Assembly: GCA_048882385.1 (NCBI GenBank)
Contig: JBHLRQ010000047.1
Span: 1-22,813, forward strand
Reading direction: 5' to 3'
Source of the DNA: Candidatus Thorarchaeota archaeon
GTDB taxonomy: Archaea; Asgardarchaeota; Thorarchaeia; Thorarchaeales; Thorarchaeaceae
DNA: 22,813 bases
A program made the position numbers and the translations under genes. Every line of letters begins with the position of its first letter. Positions within the stretch are counted from its first letter, which is position 1. This document shows positions 17,817 through 22,813 of this stretch, in pieces. The notes under the pieces were generated by a model that worked only from the letters and a program-made list of their open reading frames with translations, was not told where the DNA came from and did no database searches.

Positions 17817-18845
17817 GTGACTAAGACCAAGTGGATCATGAAGCAGTATTGGCGTGTTGGTCAAATCAGAGCACTGCTGAGTCTTGTATTGGGAATGTTT
17901 GTCCTTGGAAGAGGATACTACAAATATATTCCAATTCTTGCGAATCTTGGTCTGATGGGTGCATTGATACTTGGTTCGCTCCTTGTCCTTCTATTCATGG
18001 GAGTCGGTTGGTGGTATGATGAAAAAAGCAGGATGTGGAGTCCAAAGCTGCAAGCTGTTGCAGAACGGAATCCATACCAGTACATTCCAAACTACAAGTC
18101 GATGACATATGACTATCAAGCCTTTTATGCAATAATTGCCACCATGAGAAACATCCTACGAAAAACAGGGATTGACTCTACACCAATGGATGATATCTCA
18201 AAACATATTGGTACATTCTTTGACAAGAAAGTTCGGCGCTCAGATATTTTTGGAGCAGAATCAGAAGCACTCAATTTCAATAGAAGACACCCTTTTGTTG
18301 AAGGTCAGGAATTTGAAAAACAGCGTGTTCCAATTACATCCAGATTGAAATTAGGATTTGAAACAGAAATTCTCCGACTCAACTGGATTCAAGCATTAAC
18401 AGGTCTTGTTCAAGACGTCTTGGTCTTTGGAGCACTTTACGTAACTATACTCTTTCCTGACCAAGTAACTGAGAATGGGCTAGTGCCAATTGATTACCTG
18501 TTCCTTGGAATCCTGTTCCTGTCCCTTCCCCTATTCCTCGGCCTTATAGCTGCGGGATGGTATTATGATAAGAGATTGCGAGTCTGGTCAGCAGATACTG
18601 TTGTCAAATTCGAACGCAATCCATACATGTATGTACCGGATCCAAGAAATGGTGTGATGGAGATACCATTCTTTTTGGTTCTCTTGAGAACGCTAAGTTC
18701 TCTTTTCGAGAAACAGAACTTAGACAGATTTGAGTTACAGAATATGATTCACTATTTGGAGAAGTATCAGCATTATGATGCTTCAGTGGATCAGAATATG
18801 GAAGATGCAAGAGCTCTACGAAGAGAACTCGATGTGAAATTTTAG
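17817..18845 (+). CDS. Uncharacterised membrane protein with an internal duplication (two ~170-aa units)
   Basis: Two TM-hairpin units, each followed by GW[WY]YD-x5-W-x8-ERNPY-x-Y-[IV]-P (starting aa 64 and 247); GTG start after GAGGG. Confidence 0.8.
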   Translation: MTKTKWIMKQYWRVGQIRALLSLVLGMFVLGRGYYKYIPILANLGLMGALILGSLLVLLFMGVGWWYDEKSRMWSPKLQAVAERNPYQYIPNYKSMTYDYQAFYAIIATMRNILRKTGIDSTPMDDISKHIGTFFDKKVRRSDIFGAESEALNFNRRHPFVEGQEFEKQRVPITSRLKLGFETEILRLNWIQALTGLVQDVLVFGALYVTILFPDQVTENGLVPIDYLFLGILFLSLPLFLGLIAAGWYYDKRLRVWSADTVVKFERNPYMYVPDPRNGVMEIPFFLVLLRTLSSLFEKQNLDRFELQNMIHYLEKYQHYDASVDQNMEDARALRRELDVKF

Positions 18846-18856
18846 GAGATGAAGAA

Positions 18857-19378
18857 ATGGGTTTAAAGAAATGGTTGATGAAACAGCAATGGCGGATTGT
18901 ACAAATCCGTGGAATTTGGGGACTTTTCTATGGAATCCTCTTGCTTGCAATATCGTACTTTGGTTATATTCCATTTTTTGCAGACATGGGTTCATTGGGT
19001 CCGTTTGTATTTTCAGCCGTCCTCATGTTTTCATTTCTAATCCTGGGTTATCTTTATGATAGAGTCTTCATCATGTGGGCTCCATCACAAGAAGTTAGTA
19101 TGGAGAGAAATCCATACCAATATGTACCAAGTCCAAAAGATCACATATTCTGGTTACCAATTTACTCCGTTTTGTTAAATGCAACAGAAACTCTGGCTGA
19201 ACAATTTGAAGTAGATACAAAAGAGATTGCTGACGCGAAGGAGTACTTTGCCAAGTGGCAAAAGCTTAGACCCGAGTTGAAAGAGCATATTGATATTGGA
19301 GCAGAGATGAGAGACCAGTTTATCGCAGGACACTCATTTCACGATATTGCTAAGGATTCAGATGAAGAAAACAATTGA
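18857..19378 (+). CDS. Uncharacterised membrane protein, single-unit paralog of the upstream gene
   Basis: KWLMKQQWR..QIR N-terminus and GYLYD-x5-W-x8-ERNPYQYVP from aa 64, in register with the upstream protein; AGGAG RBS; 11 bp gap. Confidence 0.82.
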   Translation: MGLKKWLMKQQWRIVQIRGIWGLFYGILLLAISYFGYIPFFADMGSLGPFVFSAVLMFSFLILGYLYDRVFIMWAPSQEVSMERNPYQYVPSPKDHIFWLPIYSVLLNATETLAEQFEVDTKEIADAKEYFAKWQKLRPELKEHIDIGAEMRDQFIAGHSFHDIAKDSDEENN

Positions 19379-19470
19379 ATTTTCGATAATTAGCAATCAT
19401 AATTCGGTAAAACCTATCTGAATTTTCTTTATATCAATTGAAATCCAGCTGAAGTTGGTTGTGAAAAATC

Positions 19471-19893
19471 ATGATTGATCAAGCTTGGTATCCATGTATA
19501 TTTGAAATTAGTTCCTCCCCTGGAAAGGTTCAGATGGGAGGACCACTATTCAGCAATGTCGATGGCACTGCATATCAGATGATGTTTCGACTCCCTCTAC
19601 CTCTAAAAAAGGGAAACCTGCGACTACATGTAGCTGGTTGCCAGATTGGTCTTTTGGGTGCGAATCCATCAAATTATGTATCTCAATTGTCCATCAACGG
19701 GATGACTCATTTGGCAATGAAAGTCATGTTTGAGTCAAAGGAGCCTGTTAACATGCAACAGCTCAAGACATACTCCATGGCACCAATGGACTGCGGTGAC
19801 TTCGAAACTGTAGCTGTTCGTGTATGGTGTACAGTAGCAGATCCATATCAGCTCCACATCACTACCATGTTGTTGAATTGTTACTACGCATAG
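19471..19893 (+). CDS. Hypothetical soluble protein, probably beta-rich
   Basis: 140-aa ORF fills the gap; ATG preceded by TTTATAT (~19428-19434) and GGTTGTGA; no family recognised. Confidence 0.7.
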   Translation: MIDQAWYPCIFEISSSPGKVQMGGPLFSNVDGTAYQMMFRLPLPLKKGNLRLHVAGCQIGLLGANPSNYVSQLSINGMTHLAMKVMFESKEPVNMQQLKTYSMAPMDCGDFETVAVRVWCTVADPYQLHITTMLLNCYYA

Positions 19894-19908
19894 TCTATCA
19901 CTTAGTTT

Positions 19909-19986
19909 GAGGGTGGAAAACTCCACCTTCATTCCTCTATTTTTGATTCTTCGAAATAGGATTAAATCTGAGAAGAAATTCAGATT
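19909..19986. repeat. Three short inverted repeats in series
   Basis: GAGGGTGGA-aaac-TCCACCTTC (19909-19930); imperfect CTATTT...AAATAG (~19936-19959); AATCTGA...TCAGATT (19965-19986). Confidence 0.45.
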
Positions 19987-19999
19987 ATACAGACCAAAA

Positions 20000-20770
20000 A
20001 TGACCAATTCAACGGAAATGAAGTATATTGATACACATTGTCATCTTGAGAATGAGGCATTTGAAAATGATAGAGAGATTGTCATCAAACAAGCATCGGA
20101 AACAGGCATATACATTATTACTTCATCGATTGACAAGGGATTATGGTTTAAGGGATTAGAGTTAGCCAAAGAGCATGGTAACGTTTATGCATCAATTGGG
20201 CTGGATCCATCAAACTATGGAGATTGCGACAAAGCAATTGATTGGATTCGAAAAAATCAGTCAGACATAATTGCAATAGGGGAGGTGGGACTAGATCATT
20301 TTAGAATCAGAGACCACTCAGAAAGAGATGAGCAGGAGAAAGCATTCAGGAAATTAATACATCTAGCAAACGAGCTAAAACTACCAATTCAAATCCACTC
20401 AAGATCAGCTGGAGCAAAAGCAATTGCAGTGCTAGAAGACTGTTCAGCAGGGTTAGTCCATATGCATGCTTTTGATGGTAGAGCAAGCTATGCTAGAATC
20501 GCATCACGCGACCTTGACTACTACTTTTCAATTCCAACCTCAGTTGTCCGGTCTCCCCAGAAAAAGAAACTCGTCAAAGCTATTGCTATTGAACGACTAC
20601 TCTTGGAAACGGATAGTCCAGTGCTTGGTTCAATGAAAGGAGAAAGGAATGTGCCAACTAATATCTCAATCGCACTTAAAGAAGTAAGTTCAATACTTCG
20701 GAGAGATGAGGAAGAGCTACGTTTACTCATACTCGAAAATACGCAACGTCTGTATAGAGAAGTCAAGTGA
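20000..20770 (+). CDS. tatD: TatD family metal-dependent nuclease/hydrolase
   Basis: IDTHCH, IGEVGLD, IHSR, HMHAF, LLETDSP. True start is probably ATG 20000 or 20018 rather than TTG 19907. Confidence 0.92.
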   Translation: MTNSTEMKYIDTHCHLENEAFENDREIVIKQASETGIYIITSSIDKGLWFKGLELAKEHGNVYASIGLDPSNYGDCDKAIDWIRKNQSDIIAIGEVGLDHFRIRDHSERDEQEKAFRKLIHLANELKLPIQIHSRSAGAKAIAVLEDCSAGLVHMHAFDGRASYARIASRDLDYYFSIPTSVVRSPQKKKLVKAIAIERLLLETDSPVLGSMKGERNVPTNISIALKEVSSILRRDEEELRLLILENTQRLYREVK

Positions 20771-20812
20771 TACAATTCATAAGTACGACATGATGTGAAC
20801 CTTTGACACACA

Positions 20813-21463
20813 ATGACGAGCATCGAGGACAGGCTTAGATTGATTGTTGAGGTTTCAACAAGGAAGGCTGCAATAAAAGAGTGGAATGATGCTGCTGCAA
20901 GCCAAAAGGTACCACTGTATAATTATCGTCTTGACCATATTGAAGAAGTTGTTGAACTGGCAAAGCATATCGCAGAGGGGACAAATGCAAACATGGAGGT
21001 TGTTGTATTGGCAGCATGGCTTCATGACCTGGCAAAACCTGGGATTGGTGGTATATCTGCTGAGCAACATGGGATAGCAAGCGCAAAGATGGCGGAGGAG
21101 ATTCTAACTGCTGAGAAGGTGCAACATGACACTATCGAAAAGGTTTCAGAGGTAATAAGAAAGCATGTGGGTTTGACTCTTAAAGAACCCCTAGAACCAA
21201 TAGAAGCACAAATTATCTGGGAAGCTGATAAGATATTGAAACTGGGAGTAATTGGGGAGTTTCAAGGTTTGCTGAACGGAGTCAGATTATTTCCGGGTAG
21301 GAATATGAAGCAAATAGCTGAAGACCAGCGGGAGTTTCTTACTTTAGCTAGAAAAATTGTAGACTCAGTGGTAACTGAAAATGGAAAAGCAATTGCTCAT
21401 GAAAGAGTAAGAACCCTTGAATTGATTTCTGAATCACTTGATAGAGAAATGCATCTAAAATGA
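20813..21463 (+). CDS. HD-domain phosphohydrolase
   Basis: H...V, LAAWLHDLAK, HG..SA, I.KH, EADKI..LG. Confidence 0.9.
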   Translation: MTSIEDRLRLIVEVSTRKAAIKEWNDAAASQKVPLYNYRLDHIEEVVELAKHIAEGTNANMEVVVLAAWLHDLAKPGIGGISAEQHGIASAKMAEEILTAEKVQHDTIEKVSEVIRKHVGLTLKEPLEPIEAQIIWEADKILKLGVIGEFQGLLNGVRLFPGRNMKQIAEDQREFLTLARKIVDSVVTENGKAIAHERVRTLELISESLDREMHLK

Positions 21464-22290
21464 GAGGAAGTGGGAGAATGTTAAGAGATATCAGAACAGT
21501 CGGGATTGTGGCAATTGGTAATGAACTTTTAGATGGGAAGGTCCTCGATACCAATTCAAACTGGATGGAGATCCGGTTGCTGGCAATTGGACTCGAAATC
21601 AAACGACTTGTGTCAGTTCGAGACGAAATTGAAGAGATAGGTCATGCAGTGGATTTTGTGCGTGAAACCTGTGATGTGATCATTACATCTGGAGGACTGG
21701 GTCCAACCCACGATGATATGACTCTGGAAGCCTTAGCAAAACATCTCAATTTGAAACTTGAAGAGAACCATGAAGCCTTCGAGATTATCAAGAGGCAATA
21801 TAAGACACTTCATGAGAATGGAATAGTACAAGCTCCTGATATGACTCCAAGCAGAAGAAAAATGGCACAACTTCCAGAAGGATCAAACGCACTTGATAAT
21901 AGGGTGGGAGGAGCTCCCGGAGTGATGATTCAGGACGGACCCACAACAATCTTTTGTTTACCAGGAGTTCCCAGTGAACTGAAATTCGTCTTTGAAGATT
22001 CCGTATTGCCTTGGCTTCTTACAAATGTTTCACAGAAGTTTCATGAGCAGGTAATTGAGTTTGGTATGAAGGACGAATCTGTTTTTGCACCAGCGATTGA
22101 TACAGTAATGAAAAAAGTACCAGGTGTCTGGATTAAATCAATGCCTAAAACCTATGGAACTTCAAAGACACTTCGAGTTTGGATCTCAGTTAGAGGAGAA
22201 GACAATTCTAAGCTGAAGCAACTTGTCAACAAAGCTATCAAGGAGTTGGAAAAAGCCACGGGGATTAAGTCAAGAACTGTTACATCTTGA
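21460..22290 (+). CDS. CinA N-terminal-like (COG1058, molybdopterin-binding fold) pyrophosphatase without PncC domain
   Basis: IGNELLDGKVLDTNS, VRD, SGGLGPTHDDMT, GAPG, LPGVPSEL. Start is 21460 (ATGA overlap) or 21478. Confidence 0.88.
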   Translation: MRGSGRMLRDIRTVGIVAIGNELLDGKVLDTNSNWMEIRLLAIGLEIKRLVSVRDEIEEIGHAVDFVRETCDVIITSGGLGPTHDDMTLEALAKHLNLKLEENHEAFEIIKRQYKTLHENGIVQAPDMTPSRRKMAQLPEGSNALDNRVGGAPGVMIQDGPTTIFCLPGVPSELKFVFEDSVLPWLLTNVSQKFHEQVIEFGMKDESVFAPAIDTVMKKVPGVWIKSMPKTYGTSKTLRVWISVRGEDNSKLKQLVNKAIKELEKATGIKSRTVTS

Positions 22291-22347
22291 CATCTGCCGA
22301 TAGATATATTCACTTGTATGTTCGGACCTCGGTGAGAGTGGGATATA

Positions 22348-22813
22348 ATGCAAGTTGATTTCTCCATTGTCTTCGAAGATATCATCGTCTACTTCATTGC
22401 AGTTTTCTATGCCGCCATAGTACTGACTATTGCGGATATAGCAAGGAAAAGACGCAACTTGGGCTCAGAGGTGACAAGGAGAATTGTCCACCTTTTCGCA
22501 GGAGCTGCTATTTGGACAGTTCCCTATTATCCGCATCCTTGGGTTGCGACTCTTGTAGCTCTGACGTTTGTTATCATGCTCGCACTTGCAAATACACAGA
22601 GATTCAGTGGTTTTTTCGCCGCTATGGCAAGACCAGAAGACTTGGAGAATAATAGTGTGCGAGGCCCCTTCTGGTATGCAGTGTCAATCACTCTCCTTAC
22701 TGGAGTGTTCACCTTTACTGGGTATCCTGCATTCTACTTTGTAGCAGCAGCGGCTATTCATATCATGATGTTTGGTGATGGAATGTCTGCTCCAATAGGA
22801 ATGAAATACGGAG
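22348..22813 (+). CDS. Partial phytol/farnesol/dolichol (polyprenol) kinase family membrane protein, running off the window
   Basis: Not in the ORF track. Manual translation MQVDFSIVFEDIIVYF...EVTRRIVHLFAG...AMARPED...RGPFWYAVS...MMFGDGMSAPIGMKYG shows the R[KR]xxH, GPxxY and GDGxxxxxGxxxG motifs; GGTGA at 22331-22335. Confidence 0.88.
   Translation, partial: MQVDFSIVFEDIIVYFIAVFYAAIVLTIADIARKRRNLGSEVTRRIVHLFAGAAIWTVPYYPHPWVATLVALTFVIMLALANTQRFSGFFAAMARPEDLENNSVRGPFWYAVSITLLTGVFTFTGYPAFYFVAAAAIHIMMFGDGMSAPIGMKYG

Noticed and set aside
19879-19893. C-terminal CYYA as a CaaX prenylation box
   Set aside because: The middle residues are aromatic, no prenyltransferase is in the window, and a terminal beta-strand explains it equally well.
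19907-19999. 31-aa N-terminal extension of TatD
   Set aside because: TatD domains begin just before D.H.H; this stretch is intergenic-like and contains hairpins.
17817-22290. Anti-phage defence island (membrane pair plus TatD plus HD)
   Set aside because: TatD, HD and COG1058 look like ordinary housekeeping members; no NTPase, known effector or mobility gene supports it.
109-22712. Many 60-112 aa ORFs antisense to or nested within the main genes (e.g. 626-874, 8302-8622, 12695-13027, 12994-13332, 20521-20823, 22527-22712)
   Set aside because: Shadow frames of well-supported genes, with no motifs.
1-22813. CRISPR arrays, tRNA/rRNA genes, transposases or integrases
   Set aside because: No spaced direct repeats, cloverleaf patterns or recombinase motifs seen; all intergenic gaps are under about 270 bp.

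Overview
Archaeal-looking chromosomal segment: GGTGA/GGAGG ribosome-binding sites, BRE-TATA-like promoters and many TTG/GTG starts. An Asgard lineage such as Thorarchaeota is plausible but is inference only. Positions ~170-17740 form a surface-glycosylation locus with a split Alg14/Alg13 pair, a SAM methyltransferase, GT4/GT2/GT-C-like and GT-B transferases, a doubly membrane-anchored D-glucuronyl C5-epimerase-like protein, WecB, and a pseudaminic acid pathway (pseB, pseC, pseI, SpsF/PseF-type cytidylyltransferase, PseH-like GNAT, PseA-like amidotransferase, Pse-associated methylase). No pseG is visible. Instead the PseH-like GNAT is fused to a TIM barrel that keeps all nine endonuclease IV-type metal ligands, a candidate non-homologous PseG replacement. 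Downstream are two unannotated membrane genes carrying three copies of one domain (G-x-x-YD-x5-W-x8-ERNPY-x-Y-[IV]-P), a 140-aa unknown, TatD, an HD hydrolase, a CinA-N/COG1058 protein and a partial polyprenol kinase that the ORF track missed. No tRNA, rRNA, CRISPR array or mobile element was seen. All family calls come from motif recognition by eye, not database searches.
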